A stretch of 62,863 bases of DNA, the filler included, from Vannella sp. (Eukaryota), in NCBI GenBank assembly GCA_023345925.1. It is 7 parts of 7 records of this genome, joined end to end, with 100 filler letters (N's around TTAATTAATTAA, not from the genome) between each part and the next. Parts side by side here need not be neighbours in the genome. Positions count along the whole stretch, not along the records: positions 23,610 to 29,841 come from JAJQQN010000203.1; positions 29,942 to 37,503 come from JAJQQN010000870.1; 5 more parts are not named here. One strand, given 5' to 3'. The translations under genes and the position numbers were made by a program. Shown here one piece after another: positions 23,610-34,135 of the stretch (positions within the stretch are counted from its first letter, which is position 1; the number at the start of each line of letters is the position of its first letter). Below the pieces are notes generated by a model. The model ran no database searches and was not told where the DNA came from. It saw only the letters and a program-made list of their open reading frames with translations.

Positions 23610-26600
23610 CGACGGCATCGGAGTGGCGGTACTGAATCGAGAAAATGTCTTTCTTGTATCCATTTTACTCCGTGCTGGAGCCAACCCGGACCTCTCCGAC
23701 AAAGAAGAGCGCTCCCCACTTCATTGGGTGTGTATCTCTGGACTCTTCCGCTCCTTGGGACTGACATTAAGAAGGCTTCCTATAGTGGAAATAGGAAAGG
23801 ATGTAAGCTGTTGCTTGACCCTCCAGCTATCAAAGGAAGCGACGAGCTGAACAGAATGGGAGCTTCTATTGACAAGCAAGACAAGAACGGGCTCTCTCCC
23901 CTTCACTTAGCAGCTCTGAATGGACACGAGAAGCTGGTTCAGCTTCTTTTGGGCCCGCGTATGGTCTCATCTGACCCAGACGACCAAGAAAGTGTTGTCG
24001 ACGCTTCGGCCAACCCTGAATTGGCAGATAAGGAGGGTCGCACACCGCTTCACGCGGCTGCATATCGTGCTGTGAACGAGAACTTCTTGAATCTCACTCG
24101 CTCCTTGATCCTGGCAGGGGCCCAAGTGAATACTGTGGACAAATCGGGACGTTCTCCCCTCTTTTACGCGGTTGTGGGGTATTCCTACTCGCCAATGGTG
24201 CTCTTACTGCTTGAAGAGGGTTCCAATCCCTTTATGACGGATGAGGGAGGAAGACAGGCCATTCATTATGCTGCCTTTCACAAGCACATCAAGGCCATCA
24301 AGATATTAGCGGGAAAAGGACTGGATATTGAGCTTCCTGACAATGCGGGACAGACGCCGCTTCATGCTGCAGTGCGTTCCACAGAGGTAGTCGATCTATT
24401 CATCCATTCTGCGGTGGATTTGGGTGTTCAAGATGACGACAAGAAGACTCCCATCTTTCTAGCACTGATAGGCGGCTTCACTGAGAGCTTCTTGTACCTC
24501 TTACGAGCCGATATGGATCTCTCTGTACGCGCCACTGATGCAGAAGGGCGCACTTTACTCCACTATGCGGCTTGGAGCAATTGCTCTTTTGCTATTGGAC
24601 ACCTTTTAGACCTTTCTGGCCCCACGTTATTGGGGCTACTTGACGTCAAGCAGCGCAACTTTGTCCATTTTGCTGCTTTAAGTGGGTCAGTGGACTTTAC
24701 TCGCAGGGCGATTTCCCGCGCAGAGCCAAGCATGGTAGAAAGTCTCCTGAATCAAGTCGACGCATCTGGCCGCTGCCCTTTACATTACGCAGCAGCTCGT
24801 GGGAGCGAAGAAATGTGCAGATATTTGGTAGAAGAGGGCCTTGATCCTTGTCCTCAAGACAGGCAAAGGTACACACCACTGCATTACGCTGCATTCTATG
24901 GAAGTATGGAGGCAATGCGCGTCCTTGCTGATCTTGATGAGGAGGAATTAGTGTGTCGAAGCTCCTGTGGCATACTCCCTATTCATTTAGTCGCTTGTAG
25001 CGGCTCTGTTGCTGCGATGGAGTTATTAATGACATTGTATGCAGAGAGTAGCCCGTATGAGCCGGAGGAGCTTCTTCATGAGAAAGACAACTTTGGACAG
25101 AGCCCCGTGTTCTACGCTCGTTCCGCTGAAATGGCTTCTTACTTGAGAGTTGCAGGGTGCCGTATGGACCAAACAAACTGTATGGGTCGCACGATGTTGT
25201 TCAGTGTTATTGAAGCTCCTTCTATGAGTTCGAGCGAACGACTCAACCTCATACGGCTCCTTCTTGACGACAAGAATCTTTCTGCTCTTCAGCAAGACCA
25301 CGAGGGTGTTTCAGCTGTTCATTTAGCAGCATATTCTGGAGACGAAAGCGTCCTTAAGGCACTTCTGGAGCATGATGGGAAGGATAGTTGCTCTTCTCTT
25401 CCAGAAGACCTTTTTGGGCGGAGCCCGCTCTTCTATGCGTGCGCTGCTGGGGAATTGGCTTGCGTGAAACTTCTTTGCGAGCTTCCAGGCTGTAAATTGG
25501 ACCAACGAGATGCAGAAGGTCGCTCTTTACTAGATACTGCAGCGTTTAACCAGCACCTACACGTGCTTCAGTTTCTACTTCAGCAGAGAAGAGAAAGGAG
25601 TTTGGACACCTGCTTTACCTCCCCAGCTCAAGATGGAAGAACTCCTCTTCACGCTGCAGTCGGGGCAATGTGCAAGCAGACATTTACAAAGGTCCATGCT
25701 GTAATTCTCAGATGCCTGTTGAAAGAGAACTTCTCTCTCAATGCACAGGATGAAAACGGGCGCACAGCACTGTACCGGGCACTTTCCATTAGAAATAGAA
25801 AGTTAGCAAATTTCCTCTTACGTGCTGGAGCTTCCGTAAGCCTGCCAGACAATTCTGGTCGTACTCCTTTAATGTTGGCCGCTGCGAGAGGATCTAAATC
25901 CTGTGTGAAGCTTCTGCTACGATATGGAGCGGACCCAGGACCCAAAGATTCTTCCGGAAGAACTGCAGAACAATACTGGGAGCGTGCATACCGACAGCAA
26001 AGCGAATGTCCTCCTTTTGCAGAGATTCCAAAAGAGATCTTGGCAAAGCCGGATGCTCAGAAAGAGCAAGTCCATACTCCCAAACCAGATGCTTTGCCAA
26101 GCAGTCTTCAGACTTTCCCAACAAACGGAAGAGATCAAGAAGTCTTAGCACATGCTTTCACTCAACTTGAAGAAGTGAAAAGGGAAAGGGACTCTGCTCA
26201 GGAGGAGCTACAGAGGATGAAACAGGAAATGGAGGAGCTGAAGAAGCGCAATGATATGCTCAATAACATCATCCGAGAGAATCAATTGCTAGAGCAACAA
26301 CACATCGCTCACGCTCAAAGCTTGGAAAAGTCACATGCGAGTGTCATATCTCAGCGTAAAATAGAAGAGGAGAAGAGAGAAAAGGAATGGTCCAGCAAGT
26401 CTGCCACTCTTCAGCTCCTAAGTGAGGACCAAGTGCAGATAATCGCCTCCCTTCGCCAGGAAGTTCGGGAAGCTCTTGCTTCCGCAAAAGCAGCCTCCGA
26501 GAGTGAATCTCGTAGATTTTTACAAGCTCAAACGAGTCAAAGAGAGCTGGATGATTCAATAGCGGAAAATAAGAAGCTGCAAGTCGATGTGGAATATCTC

Positions 26601-26813
26601 CGCCTCATGCTGAACGGGTCCATTACACTTCGGGAAAAGTTTAAACTCATGCACGATGCGGAGAGCGATCAAAAGCACCCAAATATTCAAATGACTGCTG
26701 GTGAAGTTTATGAAAAGGTCAAAAACATCCCAGTGGAGCAGTGGGAAAATGCTATCTGGACAGAATTAACTACCCCCACCAAACCCGTGACTGATCCCGC
26801 ATTGGAAAGTTGA
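23610..26813 (+). CDS. Long ankyrin-repeat protein with C-terminal coiled coil (5' partial)
   Basis: Many G.TPLH.AA repeats; one short intron after SPLHW (~23728); coiled-coil tail. Confidence 0.92.
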   Translation, partial: RRHRSGGTESRKCLSCIHFTPCWSQPGPLRQRRALPTSLGVYLWTLPLLGTDIKKASYSGNRKGCKLLLDPPAIKGSDELNRMGASIDKQDKNGLSPLHLAALNGHEKLVQLLLGPRMVSSDPDDQESVVDASANPELADKEGRTPLHAAAYRAVNENFLNLTRSLILAGAQVNTVDKSGRSPLFYAVVGYSYSPMVLLLLEEGSNPFMTDEGGRQAIHYAAFHKHIKAIKILAGKGLDIELPDNAGQTPLHAAVRSTEVVDLFIHSAVDLGVQDDDKKTPIFLALIGGFTESFLYLLRADMDLSVRATDAEGRTLLHYAAWSNCSFAIGHLLDLSGPTLLGLLDVKQRNFVHFAALSGSVDFTRRAISRAEPSMVESLLNQVDASGRCPLHYAAARGSEEMCRYLVEEGLDPCPQDRQRYTPLHYAAFYGSMEAMRVLADLDEEELVCRSSCGILPIHLVACSGSVAAMELLMTLYAESSPYEPEELLHEKDNFGQSPVFYARSAEMASYLRVAGCRMDQTNCMGRTMLFSVIEAPSMSSSERLNLIRLLLDDKNLSALQQDHEGVSAVHLAAYSGDESVLKALLEHDGKDSCSSLPEDLFGRSPLFYACAAGELACVKLLCELPGCKLDQRDAEGRSLLDTAAFNQHLHVLQFLLQQRRERSLDTCFTSPAQDGRTPLHAAVGAMCKQTFTKVHAVILRCLLKENFSLNAQDENGRTALYRALSIRNRKLANFLLRAGASVSLPDNSGRTPLMLAAARGSKSCVKLLLRYGADPGPKDSSGRTAEQYWERAYRQQSECPPFAEIPKEILAKPDAQKEQVHTPKPDALPSSLQTFPTNGRDQEVLAHAFTQLEEVKRERDSAQEELQRMKQEMEELKKRNDMLNNIIRENQLLEQQHIAHAQSLEKSHASVISQRKIEEEKREKEWSSKSATLQLLSEDQVQIIASLRQEVREALASAKAASESESRRFLQAQTSQRELDDSIAENKKLQVDVEYLRLMLNGSITLREKFKLMHDAESDQKHPNIQMTAGEVYEKVKNIPVEQWENAIWTELTTPTKPVTDPALES

Positions 26814-27037
26814 AAACCTTAACTAAATGTCCGATTCCACCCACTCAGCATCGATTTTGGGCCCTTTTTCGAAGGTCCTGGTTGCGCAGGCGTGAACTCT
26901 CTCACCCAAATCTACTCGGAAGAAGTCTAAGGGAGTTTCTCTTGTACTCCAAAGATATTCCCTGTAAATAGGATCATATATTCTCGCTGCAATCTCGTTG
27001 TGAACCGCCAAAGTGGCGACTTTCGGTTCATTTTGTG

Positions 27038-28111
27038 ATGGCGCTGAGGTTGAGGGGGTGGCAAAGGGCGAGTGTGCGGGGATATGTGACGGTAGAGGAG
27101 GCTAAGAAGAAAATGGAGGAGAGGAGGATGGTTCTATCCTCCTTAGGACCTTCAGTTCCTCAACTTACAGCTCCAGTAGTCCCCGAGAAGGCTAGACAGA
27201 AGGAAGCGGCCCCTTTCTACTTGCCTGACCGCCCTGCATCGACTAACAAGTCCTATTTATTACGTCAGAATGGTCCTGCACACTTGAAAATGCCAGAACT
27301 GCTCAATGCGCGTCTCCTTCTCCTTCCAGAGCTGCAGCAAAGGTCCCAGGAAGCTAACAAAGCGATCTGGGCTCTATACGGGACAGCTGGAGTTTCCCTT
27401 ACACTCGCATTAGGACTTTCTGGTGTGCCTTTGTATGGTATTGCCGTTGGAGCGTGGTTTGGAGTGCTTGGAGGCTCCTTAGCACTGCATCGACAACGAT
27501 TCTTCGGGTCCCTGGGGCCAGAGACCGAAACCACCATTCCTTTGCTTTCAAAAAGCCCTGCAGGGGAGATGTACGAGAACATAGTGAACTATAGTCTTCT
27601 GAATAACGCTCGAGCAGCGCTGAAACCGTGGGAACATGACATTCCAAATGAATGGAACGACATTCAGACTGACTTGAATGGATTTACCGCTTTGCAGCAA
27701 CTACTCGTGAAAGAACCAATCTATGACAGAACATTAAGGCCTCGAGTGGTCTCCAACAGCTCGTCGAGAATCATTTGGGCTAATCTGATGGAGGAGAATC
27801 TGTTTTACTTGGAGGAGAGCAACCCTTGGGCTGAATCCCTCACTCTTGGAGGTGCGAAAGGCAGATTCTTGGGATGGTATCTTCGCCGTTGTGTTCGTCC
27901 AACCATCGAAGCTCCCCAGAAGGAAGCAGCTTTTGGGATATCCCGCCAGATAGACGGGGATATGCAGACTTTTGACCTCTTCTACGAGAGCTTCCTCCAA
28001 AGCTCCATCAGTGTCATGCGCACAGCTGGTAACGCAAATCTGGTCGACCGAGACTGGCCCCACTTGCTCGCTTCCGCGGTACTTTTTGGGATCCCAGCGC
28101 TTCTCGTCTGA
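27038..28111 (+). CDS. Hypothetical membrane protein, probable mitochondrial presequence
   Basis: Intronless ~357 aa ORF; MALRLRGWQRASVRGY presequence-like start; two central hydrophobic segments and one C-terminal. Confidence 0.7.
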   Translation: MALRLRGWQRASVRGYVTVEEAKKKMEERRMVLSSLGPSVPQLTAPVVPEKARQKEAAPFYLPDRPASTNKSYLLRQNGPAHLKMPELLNARLLLLPELQQRSQEANKAIWALYGTAGVSLTLALGLSGVPLYGIAVGAWFGVLGGSLALHRQRFFGSLGPETETTIPLLSKSPAGEMYENIVNYSLLNNARAALKPWEHDIPNEWNDIQTDLNGFTALQQLLVKEPIYDRTLRPRVVSNSSSRIIWANLMEENLFYLEESNPWAESLTLGGAKGRFLGWYLRRCVRPTIEAPQKEAAFGISRQIDGDMQTFDLFYESFLQSSISVMRTAGNANLVDRDWPHLLASAVLFGIPALLV

Positions 28112-28335
28112 TGAAACTCAACTGAATCTTCCCTCTTCTCCCAAAGAGGTCCTCCTGTTCGAGCAGGAATGAAAAGAAAAGTGAGTTGAATCAATCAAGT
28201 CACTTTTTTACGTTCTGGCCAAAGGCGGGCACTGTTTTGGGGGCTGCAAAAATTCTTTTGTGGCAGTAGGAGGGTAGAAACTAATGATCCATAGGCCCTC
28301 AAGAGCAAACAACGCGAACGAGTTGTTGAAGTAAT

Positions 28336-28354
28336 GGGTTTAGGGTTTAGGGTT
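28336..28354 (+). repeat. Interstitial (TTTAGGG)n telomere-like repeat
   Basis: GGGTTTAGGGTTTAGGGTT. Confidence 0.7.
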
Positions 28355-28442
28355 CTCACATTTTGGGGGGACGGTGGGAAGCGCCTCAGCTCTGGAGGTT
28401 CGTGTCTCGATCTGTGGGCCAGGGAGTAGTGGTTAAGACTGT

Positions 28443-29482
28443 ATGCAGGATTCGTTGATGGATTGGCGAGCAGGGGAGAAAGAAAGAGTAGTCAACATCC
28501 TCGGAGAGCTGCAGAAGGACCCCAAGTGGAAGGTACGACATGTCCAGGCACCAGAGCATCGGTCAGACTTTCATAGGACTCCGCTCTCACAAGACCACGG
28601 AGGATCTGTTCGACATCGGAAGGTTTCCCCTTGGAGACGGTGAAGCAAGGAGCAGGCACTGAGCAGGCAGAGGCCTTGAACGAGCTTGGTGGACTCTATT
28701 CATCGATTGGGAACCACAAGAAGGCTTTGGAGAGCTTCAAAGAGGCAAAGGTCCTAACAGACGGCCAGACCAACGACTCTGCCCTATTGGGAGAGCTAAG
28801 TCACTTTAAGGACGCTTTGAAGTGTTTGGAGACAGATCTTGACAACCCCGCTTTAGATGCGTTCCAGAAGGAGCTGCAATCCCTCCAATCTTTCTCTTCT
28901 CCCACAGAGGACTTGATTCAGAAGTGGCATCACCGCTTTCCTGATGACCTGAGATTTTTTGATCTGGAACCAGAATATGCCATCCGAACGGCACGCATTG
29001 AAGAACTACCTCAGCTTGCCACTATCGAACAAGCCGCTGCTATTCGGTTTCGGGACACGCCCTATGCCTTTTTGGCGGATGGGGAACCACTGTCGTTCGA
29101 ATTCGTCCAGCAACGCTTTCAAGCCGGACAGGTCTGGGTTGCTGTCGATAGGGACGATATTGTGATTGGGTTTGCAATCACTCATGAGATCGATGGAACG
29201 CTTTGTCTCCAAGAAATCGATGTTGCACCAGAACATGGACAACGTGGGATTGGCAAGGCTTTAGTCAGAACCTTACAAACCTGGGGCAGTCAATCGGGCT
29301 ACTCAGTGATGTCATTATCAACCTTTCGCGATCTTCCGTGGAATGGGCCATTTTATGCCAAACTGGGGTTCTGTATTATTGATGAAGGCAAACTATCACC
29401 GGGGTTTCAACAGATTCAGGCACATGAACAGGAAGCAGGATTACCGATTGCCAATAGGGTGATCATGCAATGCGATTTATAG
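28443..29482 (+). CDS. Chimeric protein: TPR-like N-terminus fused to a bacterial-type GNAT N-acetyltransferase
   Basis: Exon 28443-28532, 44 nt GT-AG intron, exon 28577-29482 in frame; TPR-like AEALNELGGLYSSIGNHKKALESFKEA; GNAT motif A IDVAPEHGQRGIGKAL and motif B STFRDLPWNGPFYAKLGF. Confidence 0.85.
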
Positions 29483-29729
29483 GCTGCCTTCTACTGGATT
29501 CTTCTTTTGGATGAACTCCCTTTTATATGCGAGCGGATGTCTGCATAAAGAACAGCTGGCTTGAAAAGCTCTCCTCCATCAGCAATGACAACAGGTGTGC
29601 CCAGCTCACCCCTTAGCTTAGACCACTCAGCAATAGAGAAGGAGCCTCGCCAAGTTACTCATCAACTGTCACTATGATGGGAAGTCCGATACTTGACCAA
29701 TTGGAGGTCACAAACAATAATTGACCCAT

Positions 29730-29795
29730 GAGAGAATTCACCGCCCCAGTCAACCACGTCCGCTGTCCTCCGTTGAAAAGTGCTTCTAAATTCGA
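29730..29795 (+). repeat. Dispersed repeat family A, copy 2 (near contig end)
   Basis: 56/66 ungapped identity to the reverse complement of 55575-55640 by manual alignment. Confidence 0.85.
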
Positions 29796-29841
29796 CTGGT
29801 ACCAATGCGAATGCCGATTTTATATGTTTTTAAGAGGGCCA

Positions 29842-29941
29842 NNNNNNNNNNNNNNNNNNNNNNNNNNNNNNNNNNNNNNNNNNNNTTAATTAATTAANNN
29901 NNNNNNNNNNNNNNNNNNNNNNNNNNNNNNNNNNNNNNNNN
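29842..29941. other. Artificial contig linker
   Basis: N run + TTAATTAATTAA + N run. Confidence 0.99.
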
Positions 29942-31382
29942 GATCATGGCTCCGTTTGTTTTGAGGAGATTGAAGCAGCACGTATCTCAAGATCTGCCCA
30001 CCAAAGAATTGAAGATCTTGGAATGCCATATGGACGAAGTGCAGGTGAACCTCTACAAGTCATGTGTTGCCCAGTCCAAAACCTGGTGGCAGAAGAACCA
30101 AGCACCTTTCTTATCTGAGACGGAGTCTCCTGTCTCAGAGGAGCCAGCTCCAATCCCCTCATCAACTCCTGCGCCCGTCTCAACTCACAACCCAACCAGC
30201 GAACCGATTCCCAGCAATCCTATTTCTGAGAGTGTCTCTGAAAGTGTCCCTGAGAGTGTCCCTGAGGGTGTTCCTGAGGGCGCTCCCGAGAGTCATGAGG
30301 ATGATGATGAAGAAGAAAATGACTCAGAAGAGGAGATTCACATGGAGGAAGAAGGAGACTCCTACGTTGGGGTAAGGTCGAAAGGTCCTGTTGCGGAATC
30401 CACGCGAAAAACTCGAGCTCAACAAGGCATTCTCGTCGAGCCTGAACCAGATGAGGAAGAGGAACTGATTGTACAAGGTGGCCCTCATGCCTCTTCCATG
30501 AACAACATCTTCATGCAACTCCGGAAGGTAAGACACACTTCCACTTCTCTCAGAAGCCATAACTCAGACTCAATCTCACCTTTTTCTAGATCTCAAATCA
30601 TCCCCTTTTGGTGAGGACATTTTACACAGACGAGCAAGTCAAGGAAATTGCCAGCCACTTGTCCAGTTTGGAGTCAGACTCTCGCAAGACTCCCGAAAGA
30701 CTCTTCGAAGATCTCCAAGACCACTCTGATTTCCGTATCCACCAACTCTGCAAAGACAAGCCAGCGTTAGCCCGTTTCCGGTTAGACCCAGAAAGGTTGG
30801 AGAGCTGTGGAAAGAGTCAAATTCTCAAACGCACTCTCGAATCCCTCAAGCAGGCAGGCCACCGAGTTCTCCTCTTCTCTCAGATGACTCGAGTTCTTAG
30901 TATTCTAGAGGAACTCATTACGCTTTGGGGTTACACTTATGTCCGACTGGATGGCAGCACACCGGTCATAGAAAGGCAGGTGTTGATTGATCGGTATAAC
31001 GACGAACCAGATAGTCTCTTTATCTTCCTGCTTTCTACCCGCGCTGGAGGTGTGGGTATCAACCTCACTTCTGCTGACACAGTGATCTTCTATGACATTG
31101 CATTCAACCCCCAAGTGGACCGCCAGGCGGAAGGTTCGTTGTCCCTCGCACTTCTTCAGATTAGAACTAACAGGAACTCCAGATCGCTGTCATCGTTTGG
31201 GACAAGACAAAGAAGTGACTATCTACAAGATGATTACAACAGGCACCGTCGATGAGCACATGCTTAAGATGGCCGACCGCAAAGCTCAACTCAATGACGT
31301 CATGTTGGAGGAAGGCTCCAAGAAGAAGGATACAACCAAAGTTTGGGTCCTTCGCTCCTTATTGTCATCAGTGTTTGAATAA
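29942..31382 (+). CDS. SNF2 family chromatin remodeller, SMARCAD1/Fun30-like (5' partial)
   Basis: PFVLRRLK, NIFMQLRK, HRVLLFSQMT, RLDGST, FLLSTRAGGVGINLT, FNPQVDRQAE|DRCHRLGQ; two short introns. Confidence 0.92.
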
Positions 31383-31472
31383 CAATAACCCATTCATTAA
31401 ACGACTTAAATCCACTCCGTATGTCTCCTTTCTGAGGAAGAGGACTGGAGTCCGCCATTCCGAGCTAACTTC

Positions 31473-33600
31473 TTAAGTAAGTGACTCATTTATGTGCCAC
31501 TCTGCATTACGACGCTTCTTGCACACGAGGTAATGCCTCCAAGCGGTGGAGATGGTGTGAACCGCCCGTTTTCTCTCCTGGATCTTTTGCACATCGAATC
31601 TCCGAAAGCTCTTTTGGATTAACATTGCTGACTCTCTGAGATGCTGATAATGCCGTCGGTCCTTTGCAAAGCGATACATGGTTTGAATGAGCTTGGCGGC
31701 CATTGCACTGGGAGGTCCTTCCTGTAAGTCGCCTCGGAGAATCTCATGATGGAGATCATCTCGTGTCTCCAGGGATGCGCAATCCCCCTCTGCGGGACCA
31801 AAGGACGCTCTGAGGTCAGAGTGACTCATTTGCTCTTTTAGGGAAGGTCCAAAGGCGAGTGAGTGGGTCAGTTTTTGACTTGCTTGGGAGGAATAGTGTA
31901 AAAGCACCTTCAATGCATCTTCCTCACACATGGCTGCTGCAAGATCTGTGACTGATTGTCCATGAGGGTCGTGAGCACATGCAAGAAGAGAGAATTGCTC
32001 CAAACCAATCGTCTGAGCAACAATATGAAGGACGTGGGGCTGTCTATGTAGCACAGCTTGGTGCAGAGGACTGTGTCCAAGCACATCCATTCGACTCAGT
32101 GATGCGCCTTTACGAAGGAGGCTCTCAATCATAGCCCCAAAGCCAATAGCACATGCATAGTGAAGAAGAGTCATTCCCCGTTCGTCTGGCTCGTCATAGT
32201 GAGTGACCGATTCCCGCTTCTTGAGGAGGGAGTTAAATTGCCCATCAGACTCGAGAGTGAGCTGCTCTGAAGAGGGGGCCATATTGTGACGACACCCGAG
32301 TTCCTTACGAGACTGCCCCGGAGGAGTCAGTAAAACCGTGTTATCTCCTATCTGGAGGTAGTTACTCTCTTGCAGTCGAATGCTTCGCTCAATACTCTCT
32401 AAGCGCTCCAATATCTTGCAACGAAAGTCAATATCCTCATGGTTTGACAGTCCAGAATGGACTTGGTCCCTCGTATCTTGTGCTGGAAGACTCCGGAAGT
32501 GAAAGTCATAGCTCAAAGTGAGAGGCTCTCCTTGATGATTGGTAATGGCCAAGGCATAGAAGCCCTCAGGCAAGTCAGGGGCCTGACAGCGAAGTATTCC
32601 AGGAGCTATCTGTTCGACATTCACTCGTTTAAGGCCAAATTGAGCATAAACTGGCGATGGTGGAGTGAAAGAAGCCTGCGTCTGATCACACACAATCACG
32701 ATAACACTCCCTCCAATGGTCCAGTCCCAACGGGGAGAGATCTCCAACAATGGATACAACAGACTTGGCTGATTCACCTTGTCAGAGGTGCCCACAAGTC
32801 CAAAGGATGAGCAAGTGTCATCAGAAAGGAATGCAAACATAGAGCTGAAGGGACTCCCTTCCTCCAGCGGCGCATGGAAGGAAGAAACAACGGAAGACCC
32901 CGATGGAACCTCTAACCTCGAGTCAGAAGATCCATTCTCCCTCCCACTCCATGGAACGTACGATCTGAATCGTCAGCCTTCTTCGAAAGGTAGTGAACAA
33001 GGACCAGTTCCTCCACTGGGTCGCGATCACCCTCTTGTGAAGGCAGTTGCTCCACGGAAGGAAGGGAAGGTTGCTCTGCCGCTCCCTTCCCTTCACTGTC
33101 TTCAGGGCGTATCAACCAGTAACACCGGCGATGTATGCTCCCATCTGCAGACGAGGGGAGTGAGGAAAGGAGAAGAAGGGGAGGAGAAGAGGTCGAAGAG
33201 AGGGAGGAGGGGAAGAAGGTTACTGCTTACCAGAGGAGCGCGCATAGAAGCACCGGATGACCTGAACACCGTTAACCTTCAATCGTTCGTGGTTCTCTTG
33301 GACAGCTCGTCCACACTTCTTCTTCTTCCAGTCGATGCCATCTTGGCGGAACTTCACTTTGCACTTATCAAACAGGTACAGACTCCCACCTGGAAGTACG
33401 CAAGTCCACCATCAGAGAGGGAGAAGGAGGAGAGACGAGGAAGAGGACGTACTCTTCGGGTTTTTGATTGTTTGCACCGACACTGGCAACGAGGGGCACT
33501 GGTCATGATGACGCAGCAGTTGCAGTATCTCATAGGCCTTTAACCACCTGCCCCGAGCGTGCTCCACTAGAGTACCAAGGTCTTCCATCAAGTCAGCCAT
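31473..33600 (-). CDS. CAMTA: CAMTA-like transcription factor (CG-1, TIG, ankyrin, IQ)
   Basis: RWLKAYEILQLL and FRQDGIDWKK (CG-1); EISPRWDWTIGGS..PGILRCQAP (TIG); GMTLLHYAC (ANK); LIQTMYR and LIQKSFR (IQ). Confidence 0.87.
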
Positions 33601-34135
33601 CCGCACCGAGAAGAACGAAAAGTGAAGAGAGAGGTTGATCGGCCGGCCTTTATCTTCGAGAATTGCGAGAATGAAGTCTTCATAGCTCTAAAGGAGCCCT
33701 TAAGCGTGGAGAGTTGGATTGACTTTGCATGAAGTCGAGGAAGTTCACCCCAAGAGGATGGCGCTGGAGTGGTACCAAGTACCACTTCAATAGGACCATA
33801 TAACTCGCAAGGTAAGTGAGAGGAAGGAGCCAGGAGCCAAGGACAACGACCAAGTAACTCGCAAGAAATAGGAGCGGCAACTTCCTCTCGCCCTTGAGCA
33901 AGAACGCGACTTCTTCATGGCTCACGTAAGCCTGTCGCGTGAACGGGCCGTCTAGGCTGTCGAACAAAGCTACAGAGCTAGCTCATAGAGAGAGGTGCGA
34001 CGCGAAGGAGGAGAAAAGGAAAAGGAGGCAAAAAGGTCATTATTTCCAAGTTCTCTCCCAAACTTGGCCGTTCTTGTGCTCGGTACGCTCCTGAAGGTGG
34101 GGAGGCGTGGGTCTTGTTAACGCTGGAGGTGTAGT

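Noticed and set aside
28417..28455. tRNA-like GTAGTGGTTAAG segment
   Set aside because: No cloverleaf or proper B box/T-loop
30226..30292. 12 bp tandem repeats (ESVP/EGVP)
   Set aside because: Ordinary low-complexity coding linker in the SNF2 gene
32779..33543. 254 aa plus-strand ORF
   Set aside because: Antisense to CAMTA exons; no recognisable motifs
33680..33967. 95 aa hydrophobic ORF upstream of CAMTA
   Set aside because: TTG start with an in-frame stop just upstream; no family support
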